From the IMG/VR virus record IMGVR_UViG_3300047284_000378: DNA of 64,000 nt; one strand, written 5' to 3'. Source of the DNA: a virus. Under the pieces are notes generated by a model. The model was not told the DNA's origin. It did no database searches and was given only the letters and a program-made list of their open reading frames with translations. Both the position numbers and the translations under genes were made by a program. Shown here one piece after another: positions 19,501 to 29,510 of this stretch (the first letter of the stretch is position 1; every line of letters starts with the position of its first letter).

Positions 19501-20956
19501 GATACCGGCTATCACTGGCGGATTCATGGCTCTAGATGGTCAACTGGCTATGAAAGCCGATATGGATATAGGCGGCAACAAGATAGAAAATCTAGCAGAT
19601 CCCACTGGCCCACAAGATGCTGTTAACCTAAGAAGCTTGGTCGCATCAAACTTCCAAGAGTTTGATATCGTTGATCCAAGAGCAGGCGATCTACTTGTCT
19701 ATACAGGTAATCAGAAAGATGCTGAAAATGCATCAGTGGTCGGAGATATCAGCCTAAGTATAGACAGCACAGCACATACTATAGATGCACAGATCAACCC
19801 CGGAGTAATAGTCAACGCGGATATTAATGCATCGGCTGCGATCATTCAAAGCAAACTGAGTCTACAGGCAGCTACGACCCGAGCTAATGCCACAGGTATA
19901 ACACAAGCAGATCGTGGTCTAGCAAGTTTTGACAGTGCTCAATTTGATGTCACCGGAGGATGGGTAACACTGAAAGACAACGGTATCGCTCTGTCTGACT
20001 TACCGCAGGTTGCTACTAAGACTGTGTTAGGTAACACCACACTGATAACCAACAATGTCAGTGCGGTGCCTTTCACTGATGTGGTCAACGACGGCGGTGC
20101 TATCAAGAAGAGCCAATTCAGCAGTGGTACAGGGTATCTACGCAGAATTGGTTTTACTTTTAATAACGACACCGACTACGCTATCGTCGACGAGTCGTCT
20201 GCGAACACTGCCAGTACACTGGTCAAACGTGACAGCAACGGTGACTTCGCTGCTAGAAACATCAGTGTAGAAAGGCTGGTCGTAGATACTAAAACTGTAT
20301 TAGATACTACCACATCACTGACAGGTGGTTATACACAGGTATACGGTTTCTTAGGTCAGGTTGGCATATTGATCGGTGATGGATCTGTGGCCACTGATAA
20401 GCGTTCTTTCTATGACAACGACGGACACACATTTAGAACACAGAACGGTCTGGCTAATGCTCCGATCGTGTGTTCTAGCGTACAGGCAACATTGCTGACC
20501 ACCGGAGCAGTCAGTACTGCGGGAACTGTTACAGGTAACTGGAGTTTAAGTGCTGGATCGAGATTCCAAGCAACCTATGCCGACTTAGCAGAGTACTACG
20601 AGGGTGACCGAGAATATGAAGTAGGTACTGTATTAGTATTCGGTGGCGACAAAGAAGTCACTACTACAACAGTAAAAATGGATACTAGAGTAGCAGGTGT
20701 CGTCAGCGATACTGCTGCCTATACTATGAACTCGGCATGTCCTGGTTACAAAAATCTTATAGCACTACAGGGTAGAGTTAAGTGTAAGGTCGTGGGAAGG
20801 ATCCGTAAGGGAGATATATTGGTCACAACCGGAATTCCGGGAGTAGCAGGTTTACCAGAAAATCAAGCGCAGGCTGGTACCATAATTGGTAAATCACTGC
20901 AAGACTATGATTCAGATCACATTGGCACCATTGAGGTAGCCGTAGGAAGGACATAA
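13550..20956 (+). CDS. Giant modular baseplate/tail structural protein (2468 aa)
   Basis: gp9/gp10-type N-terminus (IDIGTVGNDGTGDSIRDSFRKVNDNF), helical repeats (YD...C.RDVGLII), beta repeats, C-terminal ADLAEYY chaperone/autoprocessing-like domain. Confidence 0.8.
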   Translation: MARKIIDIGTVGNDGTGDSIRDSFRKVNDNFRELYSSLGLGEKLTFINLDDTPADYLGQENAILSVNNTETGLAFKQLVPGSGISVDFTTNASEIRISAEFSRVSADPAPQLGGPLNAFSGDNRYTIANLPDLTDPAEFTAAFARVTSIYGTNNDVDDPGRVAVNKRYADSKISLAGIDGIDPVTGDPTPAFGQMTGPLILSRDPIPEDDLVHNGLVAATKRYVDNSAFGSTVNLYVATSGQDDRVGVSAALQGRALAYAYRTIEAACKRAEELILESRLEIGPYKKLLTYNQGASFCTLAGITEAPASGGGFLGHALMSVDTVAINNLGVNYKIGDILTVSGGTATQPARYQVLSITEAGGIISVLQLSSGVYTALPGSTNIATTDNSAFGAGATFDLTYKVNNVIVDAGGSGYGLVSVRIIPAPGDTTGSGAFGTADVVGGIVQSITITDQGSNFTALPSVIVNLPRFLIRTDFYRTDFTGDVLTNTPTAIRGRDIREGLYLRGETSGALAQILAHQGALDSDGNEIFDVDIKYGSFQDDEIISYGDVARQKQISILVESGIYEENLPIRIPVNTSIVGDEFRRVIIRPKPGRSSSPWAFIHFRRDLTVGEENTDLLTVADRLFGYHYLTNSGQPVYPIVNNKGYYRSAAQLLLLNREFIQKEVIGWISHQVQNNIDPFTSSFEYDAEVCERDVGLIIDSMIFDLRYGGSSRTISAALKYFGNASGLVAINDQLSETVAGIRRINTLAQLVIRNVEVTEIYQTAVPQIVDGAYISEVGAGGTSISISGVTSADPVVVTTSSAHGLSNGDQILISEVGGTTAINGNDYYVEVIDSTSVYLYNDLSLTDAVDGTNFGAYTSGGYITNNGGVIGALTDVIIDVISGSVAVNYPKNNNEMDVFLCNDAVRFQAVTFQGHGGFAMVLDPEGQILAKSPYAQECASFSRSTGRQTFAGGQYVDGFTGNLKFRIISKDSNTFLRVGDLMRMPQLPASFIVRDTVYRINYVRDFVFNPAGSTASLVLDESTPWPFDVFSYDDEICSRDVGLIIDGLGYDIALGTNYHARKSGLSYRQANAHVVVEDQLQLTLDAIEFAHTTAYELLDSYPAAQSVVQSSELVILDIIENGTTFAPTLTFTNPTGLSSDLVKAKNQLVNNVTFIKDEVIGYINSTYPSLVYDSDNFSRDIQYIIEALIYDLIYGGNSETRKSGLRYYDGVGNAEVLQIPSGQLLETSAGILYASYLAQQVIQNLPPATTYSLTTRTTGPAATATEATTINTLLANVNSILLGGTSAAAAEVLPTLSAYPYATNDLNARTILVTEKADIQQAVIDYVDENANVYEILMPGNRSMLSNDFTQINDLGYGIVVNNGGLVEAVSMFTYYCHISYYSMGGGQIRSVAGSSAHGNYALVAQGADPLEVPTPVTLYYDLGQGITCYYPSGTFANTLGGLVLFVTYDDYVPLDVSELEVDHGLGQIYRYPVVSVSTADLPAGVARLGLRSSEGTGTDGLAAVIPDGTRMTIRQNAQVVLTGDVVDVAVRPSTGLVLAESVDVYRILQFENYTDPSGGYVFTISIASPAVITRASHGLKPGYQFSLSTTGSLPTGVDTVTVYYVLSDEFTANSFRFSATKNGSAIVTSGSQSGTHSYLVEGLARTTLRENYNYVDLSLWSIQPYSSSSQACTITIASPAVVTAVSHGFVVGDVIRFETTGSLPGGISINKHYFVTATPSLDTFRFSDVSGVSAVDLDTFGSQSGTHVVGKVKGYIGDDTLAVTPLGTADSERVLGTKFVWKGTTHTISSYSNETVTGEPYGLITFSPALADSAVYFTYLPTFKSATLKHEPGTLTIRISLTRVTSHDLLEIGTGSYADTNYPNEIYGPPVNSINDANETEERGVGRVFYVTTDQFGNFSVGPYFRVDQGTGTVTFAAAIALSNLDGIGFKRGVPVSEFSTDTGFSDNATDTVPTENATRGYLDRRLGLSHTGDIISSGSLIPAITGGFMALDGQLAMKADMDIGGNKIENLADPTGPQDAVNLRSLVASNFQEFDIVDPRAGDLLVYTGNQKDAENASVVGDISLSIDSTAHTIDAQINPGVIVNADINASAAIIQSKLSLQAATTRANATGITQADRGLASFDSAQFDVTGGWVTLKDNGIALSDLPQVATKTVLGNTTLITNNVSAVPFTDVVNDGGAIKKSQFSSGTGYLRRIGFTFNNDTDYAIVDESSANTASTLVKRDSNGDFAARNISVERLVVDTKTVLDTTTSLTGGYTQVYGFLGQVGILIGDGSVATDKRSFYDNDGHTFRTQNGLANAPIVCSSVQATLLTTGAVSTAGTVTGNWSLSAGSRFQATYADLAEYYEGDREYEVGTVLVFGGDKEVTTTTVKMDTRVAGVVSDTAAYTMNSACPGYKNLIALQGRVKCKVVGRIRKGDILVTTGIPGVAGLPENQAQAGTIIGKSLQDYDSDHIGTIEVAVGRT

Positions 20957-23406
20957 TGGCAAGAAGAACAATAGACCCCAAAAAGGCTCCTATATTATGG
21001 AGTACCATAGACCAAGCCTTCGAGGACATAAATTTAAATTTCACTGAATTATATGCTACCGTAGGAGGTCCCGGGGGTGTAGTTGATTTCAATGCCCTTC
21101 CTACAAATGTTGTGCCTAGTGACAGCGGAACCTATGATCTCGGATCAACTACCAAGAGATGGCGTGATCTTTATCTTACTGGAACTACCATTTATCTAGG
21201 TGATGCTGTGATTTCTTCTGTGGATGGCAAGGTTAATTTGCCTCCAGGAAGTTCTATAGGCGGCTCAATACTCGATCAAGAATATTTCAAATCCATCGCG
21301 GTTACTGGACAGGACAGCATTGTTGCAGATGCAGGCGGTAACGACGTACTAAACATAGCATCAGGTGGTGGAATTTCCATTACAACAAATGCCAGTACTG
21401 ATACCTTGACTATCACTAATAACGGTGTAACTTCAGCTCTAGCAGGCACTGGTATAGGTGTAAGTGCTGCATCCGGCGCTGTAACATTTACTAACACAGG
21501 AGTTACTGGTCTTGTAGCAGGCAGCGGCATGAGCGTAAGTGCTGCTACAGGAAATATAACCGTGGCAAATACTGGTGTTCTAAGCGTGGTTACAGATCCC
21601 GGTTCAGGTATCAGCCTTGATACTTCCACGCCCGGTGTAGTTAGAATTACCAACAGCGCACCTAATACCACACAGAATTTATATAGAAATATCGCGGTCT
21701 CTGGTCAGGTAACATTGATCGCCGGCGATCCGCTGGCTACATTGACATTGGCCAACGGTAATGGAATAAACATAACTACCACACCAGCTTCAGACACAGT
21801 TACAGTAACCAACACTGGGGTGACCAGCCTTGCTGTGGCATCTCCTGGTCTAAGCGTATCAGGTAGTACAGGTTCCTTGACTCTGACCAACACAGGAGTC
21901 ACAGCGATTTCTGCGGGCAGCGGTATAGGCATCAATACCAGCACAGGAACTGTGGTAGTATCTAATACCAGATACGGATTCGTAAACATAGCAGTATCTA
22001 CACCAGGACAGAATCCTTTACAAGCAGACAATGCATCAGACACAGTGACATTTGTCGCAGGTGATGGTATAGTACTATCTACCAATGAGATCAACGACAG
22101 CCTTACTATCGATGTAAACTATGTCAAGGGTAACGTATATTCTGAAACGTCAACACTACTGATCAATGCTGCCACCGGAAAGATAGTCGGTGACATTGAG
22201 ACTGGACGTCTAAGAACCAGCGAGGCTTCCATATACTTAGGTTACAATGCTGGGGCAACCAGTACTTCAAACTACACAGTGGGTATTGGTTGGGAGGCAC
22301 AGAAAACAAATCCCCAGGGATACACAGTAGGCATTGGCTCATATGCCGGAAAACTAAATCAATCGCAGGCTGCTGTAGCGGTTGGATCTAATGCAGGTGA
22401 ATTCAATCAAGGTAACAGTGCTGTGGCTGTTGGAGTCTATGCGGGACAAAACAATCAAGGTAATAATGCCATAGCCATAGGTAACCAGGCAGGAGTTACT
22501 AATCAACCTGCCGGTAGTATTATTATCAACGCATCGGGAATAGTACTTAACGGAAGTGCTATAGGATTTTATGTGTCGCCTATCAGAGAAGTCACTGGGC
22601 CACAGGTACTTTATTATAATCCTTCAGACAAAGAAGTTACATGGGGACCAACTCCGTCGGGAGGTACAGGCGGCAGCGGCACAGGAGATTTTGAATTAAA
22701 TGTTGCCGGAGACGACTCAACAGTAAGAAGATTGTTCTCGGGAGAAACATTGAAATTTGTCGGCTCGGCAGGTATTACCACAGCCACAGACGGTGAAGGA
22801 CAAGTTACTATCACAGGACCTTCTTTGGCCACTGTGGCTACCAGCGGTAGTTATAACGACCTATCTAATCTACCAACGATTCCAGCAGCATATTCATCCA
22901 CTAGCATTGATGCTCTTTCTGATGTTGATACTTCGACAACTCCACCCACTAATGGACAGAGTCTGGTTTGGAATTCAACCAGCAGTAAATGGTTACCTGG
23001 TACTGTTTCGGGAGGCGGTGGAAGTCTACAATCAAGATCAAACATATCAGCAACTACGGCCAGCCTCGCTAATGCTGCCACAGGAAATCTAACCATAACC
23101 GGTTACAAAGGTTATATGTTATACAAAATCCAAACTTCAGCAGCGGCTTGGGTCAGGATTTATACAGATATAGCTAGTAGGACCGCAGATGGTTCTAGAT
23201 TAGAAGGAGTAGATCCTGCGCCTGGTGCAGGTGTGATCGCAGAAGTGATAACCACAGGAGCACAGACTATATTAGTAAGTCCAGGTGCCCTAGGATTCAG
23301 CAACGAAACTAGTCCAGATACTAATATTCAATTAGCTGTAACAAACAAGAGTGGTGGCACAACCACTATCACTGTCACACTAACTGTAGTACAGCTAGAG
23401 GCATAA
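20956..23406 (+). CDS. Tail fibre-like protein
   Basis: Repeated TNTGVT units and AVAVGxxAG beta-roll-like repeats. Confidence 0.7.
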   Translation: MARRTIDPKKAPILWSTIDQAFEDINLNFTELYATVGGPGGVVDFNALPTNVVPSDSGTYDLGSTTKRWRDLYLTGTTIYLGDAVISSVDGKVNLPPGSSIGGSILDQEYFKSIAVTGQDSIVADAGGNDVLNIASGGGISITTNASTDTLTITNNGVTSALAGTGIGVSAASGAVTFTNTGVTGLVAGSGMSVSAATGNITVANTGVLSVVTDPGSGISLDTSTPGVVRITNSAPNTTQNLYRNIAVSGQVTLIAGDPLATLTLANGNGINITTTPASDTVTVTNTGVTSLAVASPGLSVSGSTGSLTLTNTGVTAISAGSGIGINTSTGTVVVSNTRYGFVNIAVSTPGQNPLQADNASDTVTFVAGDGIVLSTNEINDSLTIDVNYVKGNVYSETSTLLINAATGKIVGDIETGRLRTSEASIYLGYNAGATSTSNYTVGIGWEAQKTNPQGYTVGIGSYAGKLNQSQAAVAVGSNAGEFNQGNSAVAVGVYAGQNNQGNNAIAIGNQAGVTNQPAGSIIINASGIVLNGSAIGFYVSPIREVTGPQVLYYNPSDKEVTWGPTPSGGTGGSGTGDFELNVAGDDSTVRRLFSGETLKFVGSAGITTATDGEGQVTITGPSLATVATSGSYNDLSNLPTIPAAYSSTSIDALSDVDTSTTPPTNGQSLVWNSTSSKWLPGTVSGGGGSLQSRSNISATTASLANAATGNLTITGYKGYMLYKIQTSAAAWVRIYTDIASRTADGSRLEGVDPAPGAGVIAEVITTGAQTILVSPGALGFSNETSPDTNIQLAVTNKSGGTTTITVTLTVVQLEA

Positions 23407-23407
23407 C

Positions 23408-26101
23408 ATGTCTGAATCACTGCAATACATTAGAACAAGAAAATATATCGTAACTGTCAACAGCTACGATGATCTTGATTCTGTCTATGAAGATTTAGAA
23501 ACCTTTGGAAAAACTCCCCCGGGGTTAGAAATTTTCAGAGAAGTAGAATGTGCAGAAAGAAAACCTTCCAGCAGAAGCACTATCTATAGGCTAACAGAAT
23601 GGGAAGCAGGAGAATTATCTAGAGATCCCCGTGTTAAAACAGTCGAGCCGCACCCTTCAGAACTTGGAATCACCGCAGGTATAAATTCAACCGAACAGAC
23701 ATCTACTGCCTGGGACAAATCGGGATCAACAAGTTCGTCAATGAAGAATTGGGGGCTATTGAGATGTAGTGAAGGTGAACAAAGAACAGGATGGGGTGGC
23801 ACTGGCTACGAAGGTAACGGATCAGGAACCGCTGCACAGACTGGAACTATTTCTCTAACACAGACTGGAAGAAATGTAGATGTGGTCGTCATTGACGAAA
23901 ACGGTCTAGTCTGGAATCATCCAGAATATGCCAGAAATGCTGACGGTACCGGCGGTACTAGAACTACACAGTATAATTGGTTCCAACACAATCCTGCGGT
24001 CAAAGGCACATCAGCAGGAACATATACGTATGGTACAGGCAGTCATTCAAGTCACGTGGCAGGCACGGTCGCAGGCAACACTCAGGGCTGGGCCAGAGAT
24101 GCCAACATCTACAACATATACTATCTAGCTGGAGACTCTGGTCTAGGAGATTGGGATTTTCAATATGTCATGGACTATGTTAGACAATTCCATGCTAACA
24201 AGAGCATCAATCCTGCCACAGGAAGAAAAAATCCTACTATAACAAATAACAGTTGGGGCATGAGTATATTTCCTAGCGAATGGAGTTTCTCGGATATCAC
24301 CGCAGTGACCTACAGAGGCACACGCTATGCACCAGAAGGAGTGACAACGTTCTTAGGCACCAGCGGAGTCTGTACAGCCACTAGTCGATTAGCAGTTCTT
24401 TTAGGTTTTGAAAATTTTGGCAATCGTATTACCAGTTCTGGACCAGCGACTACTCCCGGTGGCACTATCACGGCTAAGCCAGCATCATGGACACAAGACA
24501 GTCCGCAGAGTGTTTACATAGCAGAACTCGTAGCACCGAGTTCTTCTTATGTGGTAAATCTAACTACCACAGGATCAAATACTGTAGTGCGTGTTAAATC
24601 AGATATCGCATCTGGTGGTAGTATCGGTATCACTACCCTGTCAGCATCTATACAGATCGTCAGGTCTTCAGACAATAGCGTGGTAGCCACATTCAGCCAA
24701 GGTCCTCTGACATCAGACAACGGCGGCGATGTATCTATATTAATCGACGAAAACGTCACACTGTCATCCGTGGGCAGTTATATCATAACATATTCTACCA
24801 CCTTACAGAACAGCGGCGTGGCCAGTCCGGTAACAGCCTTTGCCATGTTGGCTACTATCAATACTACCCCAACTACCGAAAATGCCACGGTCACTGAAAT
24901 ACCTAACCTACTGTTGGGATCTGCTTCACTGACAGCATCAACAACTCCTACTGTGGGCAATAGCGACGACGGATACTGGACATTAAATCTTCCTTTTAAC
25001 ATAGAATATCTAGGTTCTACTTACTCTACGATTTATCCCAGCACAAACTTTTACCTAACCTTTGGAGCAGGGTCTACTGTATGGAACGGTGTAAGTATTT
25101 CTAATCCGGGCCTACCAAAAATCATGTGGTGTGCTAGAGATAATTCTGTTCAAAGGATCTACTATGGCGTTGAAGGATCAGCGCCAAATAGAACATACAG
25201 AGTAAGACTAGAAGGTAATTCTTCTACGTCAGGAACACTAGGCAGTCCCGGAATGGTCTGTGAATATACATTTTATGAATCGAATCCTAGCAGAATCGAT
25301 CTACAGACGGGCGTCAACAGTGCCAAGCAGACATCGGGCGGATTTACCACTGCCCAATTGAATGCCTGGGGATTTATCTCGGGACAGCGTATACCTTCAA
25401 GAGTCAGCAGTCTAGATGCAGACATAGAAGATGCCATCGACGAAGGAATAATTTTTGTTGGTGCAGCAGGTAATGGCAGATGGCGTCACTGCTTGCCTGG
25501 AGATCTAGACTGGGATAATAGTTTTGAAATGGCTGTGAGATATCCAGCCAGTGTCAGCGCACCTTACTATTATATGAGAGGTACTAGTCCTACAGCCAAT
25601 GACGATGTCATAAATGGTGATTACGATATACCTAACATCTGCGTGGGATCAATTGATTCTATCCAGATAGATCAAAAAGCTCTGTACAGTGATTGTGGTA
25701 CCGGTGTAGACATTTGGGCGCCTGGGACTAACATCATCAGTGCGTTACCCAGCGGAACCGCTGATCCAAGAAGTGCCAGCTATTACCTAGACAAGTACAA
25801 CGGAACCAGCATGGCCAGTCCACAGGTCTGTGGAGTCTTGGCCTGTGCTCTAGAAATTTATCCTCACTGGAAACAAGAAGACGCCAAAGCATACATAACT
25901 GGTATAGCCAAGCTGAATCAATTAACAGCTAGCACAGGAGGCCCCACAGACGGTCAAGATCTACAAGGTGCTCCTAATAAGACATTGTATTATCTAAAAG
26001 AACGAGCGAGTTCTGGAAACGTATTTCCAAAAATAAATTATAACGTAAGACCCTCAACAGGATCAGTATATCCTAGAACCAGAATAAGAAGGACTGTATA
26101 A
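23408..26101 (+). CDS. Subtilisin-like S8 serine protease with a large beta-rich insertion
   Basis: VDVVVIDENG (Asp), HSSHVAGTVAG (His), AAGNG (oxyanion Asn), GTSMASPQVCG (Ser). Confidence 0.9.
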   Translation: MSESLQYIRTRKYIVTVNSYDDLDSVYEDLETFGKTPPGLEIFREVECAERKPSSRSTIYRLTEWEAGELSRDPRVKTVEPHPSELGITAGINSTEQTSTAWDKSGSTSSSMKNWGLLRCSEGEQRTGWGGTGYEGNGSGTAAQTGTISLTQTGRNVDVVVIDENGLVWNHPEYARNADGTGGTRTTQYNWFQHNPAVKGTSAGTYTYGTGSHSSHVAGTVAGNTQGWARDANIYNIYYLAGDSGLGDWDFQYVMDYVRQFHANKSINPATGRKNPTITNNSWGMSIFPSEWSFSDITAVTYRGTRYAPEGVTTFLGTSGVCTATSRLAVLLGFENFGNRITSSGPATTPGGTITAKPASWTQDSPQSVYIAELVAPSSSYVVNLTTTGSNTVVRVKSDIASGGSIGITTLSASIQIVRSSDNSVVATFSQGPLTSDNGGDVSILIDENVTLSSVGSYIITYSTTLQNSGVASPVTAFAMLATINTTPTTENATVTEIPNLLLGSASLTASTTPTVGNSDDGYWTLNLPFNIEYLGSTYSTIYPSTNFYLTFGAGSTVWNGVSISNPGLPKIMWCARDNSVQRIYYGVEGSAPNRTYRVRLEGNSSTSGTLGSPGMVCEYTFYESNPSRIDLQTGVNSAKQTSGGFTTAQLNAWGFISGQRIPSRVSSLDADIEDAIDEGIIFVGAAGNGRWRHCLPGDLDWDNSFEMAVRYPASVSAPYYYMRGTSPTANDDVINGDYDIPNICVGSIDSIQIDQKALYSDCGTGVDIWAPGTNIISALPSGTADPRSASYYLDKYNGTSMASPQVCGVLACALEIYPHWKQEDAKAYITGIAKLNQLTASTGGPTDGQDLQGAPNKTLYYLKERASSGNVFPKINYNVRPSTGSVYPRTRIRRTV

Positions 26102-26112
26102 CGGAGCGCAAT

Positions 26113-26454
26113 ATGGCAAAACAAAATATCAACGTCGGAACCACAGAAAATGACAGGAAAGGCGATAGTCTAAGAGTTGCGTTTCAAAAAGTAAATGCTA
26201 ACTTTACAGAACTTTATACAGCACTGGGATTAGATGTTGCCCCTTTAAATCTAGGGGCGTTTGAATTTGCAGGCAGCACACTAAGTACCACTGACAGTAC
26301 TGCCATTGTTATTGATCAAGCTACTACTGTGACCAGCGATTTAACTGTTGGTGGAGACATTATTGCAAGCAATATCAAACAGGTAACAAGCACAGCTGGA
26401 TTGAAACAAGTTTATTTTGATCCAGCCACTGGACAGTTAGTCGCTGTAATTTAA
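26113..26454 (+). CDS. Baseplate-associated protein with gp9/gp10-type N-terminus
   Basis: INVG...GDSLRVAFQKVNANFTELY. Confidence 0.7.
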   Translation: MAKQNINVGTTENDRKGDSLRVAFQKVNANFTELYTALGLDVAPLNLGAFEFAGSTLSTTDSTAIVIDQATTVTSDLTVGGDIIASNIKQVTSTAGLKQVYFDPATGQLVAVI

Positions 26455-26480
26455 GTTAAATATACTAAAGAGAGCGGATT

Positions 26481-27035
26481 ATGACTATACAAACAATTAA
26501 TATCGGTAATCAAGTCAACGACGGCTTAGGCGATGACCTACGCACGGCATTCCAAAAAGTAAATGCAAACTTTGCAGAATTAAATGCTAGTTTAACTGTA
26601 ACTGCCAGCAATACGGGTTCTACTGGTATTGGCGTTTTCAAAGAAAAAGTAGGCGCTGATCTAAAATTCAAAAAACTGGTTTCCGGTACTAAAATATTCC
26701 TAGAAGAATTCACAGATTCTATCGTAATTAATAATCAACAGCCCGACGGCTTTGTAAGAATAGATACCAACAACGGCACAGTATTAGGAGATGATTATAT
26801 CAATATCACTCTCCAGGGAGCCGACGGTACTGAAAATATCACCACCAGTGTCGTTGGTAGTGTTATATCAGTTAACACAGTATTACCTGTTACGCAGATT
26901 TTAACCTATTATGATTTCGGAACTATCAATCAAGATTTTACCAATGTCTTGCAGCTAGCCCTGTCAGCAGCAAACATAGATTTCGGAACTATATCTAACC
27001 CAGGAACAGTCAGTCTAGATCTAGGCTTGTTTTAA
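26481..27035 (+). CDS. Baseplate-associated protein with gp9/gp10-type N-terminus
   Basis: INIGNQVNDGLGDDLRTAFQKVNANF. Confidence 0.7.
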   Translation: MTIQTINIGNQVNDGLGDDLRTAFQKVNANFAELNASLTVTASNTGSTGIGVFKEKVGADLKFKKLVSGTKIFLEEFTDSIVINNQQPDGFVRIDTNNGTVLGDDYINITLQGADGTENITTSVVGSVISVNTVLPVTQILTYYDFGTINQDFTNVLQLALSAANIDFGTISNPGTVSLDLGLF

Positions 27036-27044
27036 GGAACTCCT

Positions 27045-29510
27045 ATGGCCGTTACGTGGATTACTTCAGCAGGCGATCTAGGAACAATTACAGAAAGAGT
27101 TACCTTAGATATCCCTATGGCGGCTACATCACCTGCGGGTCCTGTGACCTTTTCATTGATCGCAGGAAATCTTCCCCGAGGGTTGAAATTACTAAACGGA
27201 GCCATTAAAGGATCTCCAGTTGAAGTAAAAACATTTACCAAATACAAATTTGTTATCAGAGCCGAAGACGGAGAAGATCTAGAAGATAGAACATTTAGTC
27301 TATCAGTGGATGGTTCTGATGTTCCATATTGGCTGACCGCTGAGGGATTCCTTAAAGTAGGCGAGGGCGACAACTACTTTGTTCTAGATAACGCATATGT
27401 CAATTTCCAACTAGAAGCAGACGACACTGATCTTAATGCCGGAGATGTCTTAGAATATTTTCTAGTACCTTCGGGGGGTGAACTTCCACCAGGTCTATCG
27501 CTGAGCAGGCAAGGATTGATTTCTGGATTTACAGATCCCGTGTTTTCTATAGATTACTTAGAAAATCAAACAGGATCCTATGACACAGCAGCCTTTGACG
27601 TAGTACCTTTAGACCTAGCACAGAAAAGATCCAATGGTTTTGATTCTTTTCTCTACGACAATACTACCTACGACTATAATGAGCCTAGTCGTAGTCCTAG
27701 AAGGCTCAGCAGATTTTATACTTTTGTTGTCGCGGTGTCAGACGGAATAAACGAAATAAGGCGAGTGTTTAGGATATGGGTAGTCACTGAAGAATTCCTA
27801 AAAGCTGATAATAATATACTAGAAGTCGATACTAATTTATTCAGAGCTGACAATACTGGAGACCGTGTTCCTCTATGGATTACAGAAAGTTATCTAGGAA
27901 GATTCAGAGCCAACAACTATGTTACCATTTATCTAGATGTATATGATCCACCTAGTTTACCGGGTACTATCACATACTTCTTATTAGAAACAAATCCCGA
28001 CGGCAGTTCTAGTCAATTACCGCCCGGCATGTCATTAGATACCATAACTGGTGAAATCGCAGGCCGTGTTCCTTATCAGGCAGCGGTAACCAAGACCTAT
28101 CAATTCACCATGCAGGCAGTTAATTTCCCAGCGACACTTGCGGAAATTAATTATACCCTAGTCGGAGATTGGAGTTCTACAAGAATCTATAGAGTCAACG
28201 AAGCTGTTAGATACCAAGGATTTGTTTATATCTGTATACAGGATCATAGAAACGTACAACCAGTAGACGGAGAATACTGGAATCTAGGCGTTTCAACTTC
28301 TGAAAAAACATTTACCGTAGATGTTATCGGAGAAATCGAAAGTTCTATAGAATGGATTTCAGACAGTGACAGAGGTATAATCAAACCCAATCAACCAAGT
28401 TTACTTATGGTCGAGGCAAGAAGTCTACTCTACGGTGGTAAGGTCGTCTACGAACTAGAGTCTGGTATACTACCGCCTGGTCTAAGTTTACTGTCTACTG
28501 GTATCATACAGGGCAAGGTCAAACAGTTTGCCGATGATGCAGGTCCGGGACTGACTAGATTTTTTGACAGAGATTCTAGTCTAATAGATTCAACTGGTTC
28601 AGTTACCTACGACACGACCTTCGACGGGTCAGATACCAGCTTTGATCAGAAGTTTACGTTTTCTATCAAGGCCAGAGACACAGCAAACTTTGCAGAAAAC
28701 ATCAAAGATTTCTTTGTTACGGTCATAGCTAATAACACCAAGACATTCGCTAACCTATATGTCAAGGCTCTACAGACCAAACAGAAAAGACTAGATTGGT
28801 ACAATTTCATCACTAATTCCAATATTTTTATCTCCGACGAAGTATACAGATATGGCGATGCGAACTTTGGTGTACAGTCCGAATTAAAGATGCTGCTGTT
28901 CGCAGGTATCGAAAGCACAGATGCAGTCAAGTATGTACAGGCCATGAGTAGGAATCACTATCGTAAACAAATCAGATTCGGCGATGTAAAGTATGCTGTG
29001 GCCAACGATCCCGAAACACAGGATCCGATCTACGAAGTAATATATGTGGATGTTGTTGACGAGTACGAAGTAGAAGGAAAAAGCATTTCTAATCAGATAA
29101 ATCTCGCAGATAATATCAACAGCAGAGTATTAGTAAGTTATGATGCTATCAGAGTTGACAGCGATATTCCGTTTGTCAGCGATAGAGACCATCAAAGAAT
29201 ATTTCCTAACTCTATTAAAAATATGAGAAACAGGATAAAAAGCATAGGACTATCAGACAGAGAATTTTTACCTTTATGGATGCGCAGCATACAGCCCAGC
29301 AGTTTCGTAGAAACTGGATTTGTCAAGGCAGTGGTCTTATGCTATGTCAAACCAGGAAATTCCAAAGCGATTTTGAGTAGAATCAAGAGCAACGGCTACG
29401 ATTTTAAATCCATAGATTTTACCGTAGATCGCTATGTCATAGATATTCTTGACGGAGAAATAGAGGATAAATATCTAGCATTTCCGCAACGTGGAGAAAA
29501 ATTACCGTGA
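27045..29510 (+). CDS. Baseplate wedge-like protein with Ig/cadherin-like repeats
   Basis: Repeated GxLPPGLxL...G.I.G units; structural context. Confidence 0.65.
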   Translation: MAVTWITSAGDLGTITERVTLDIPMAATSPAGPVTFSLIAGNLPRGLKLLNGAIKGSPVEVKTFTKYKFVIRAEDGEDLEDRTFSLSVDGSDVPYWLTAEGFLKVGEGDNYFVLDNAYVNFQLEADDTDLNAGDVLEYFLVPSGGELPPGLSLSRQGLISGFTDPVFSIDYLENQTGSYDTAAFDVVPLDLAQKRSNGFDSFLYDNTTYDYNEPSRSPRRLSRFYTFVVAVSDGINEIRRVFRIWVVTEEFLKADNNILEVDTNLFRADNTGDRVPLWITESYLGRFRANNYVTIYLDVYDPPSLPGTITYFLLETNPDGSSSQLPPGMSLDTITGEIAGRVPYQAAVTKTYQFTMQAVNFPATLAEINYTLVGDWSSTRIYRVNEAVRYQGFVYICIQDHRNVQPVDGEYWNLGVSTSEKTFTVDVIGEIESSIEWISDSDRGIIKPNQPSLLMVEARSLLYGGKVVYELESGILPPGLSLLSTGIIQGKVKQFADDAGPGLTRFFDRDSSLIDSTGSVTYDTTFDGSDTSFDQKFTFSIKARDTANFAENIKDFFVTVIANNTKTFANLYVKALQTKQKRLDWYNFITNSNIFISDEVYRYGDANFGVQSELKMLLFAGIESTDAVKYVQAMSRNHYRKQIRFGDVKYAVANDPETQDPIYEVIYVDVVDEYEVEGKSISNQINLADNINSRVLVSYDAIRVDSDIPFVSDRDHQRIFPNSIKNMRNRIKSIGLSDREFLPLWMRSIQPSSFVETGFVKAVVLCYVKPGNSKAILSRIKSNGYDFKSIDFTVDRYVIDILDGEIEDKYLAFPQRGEKLP

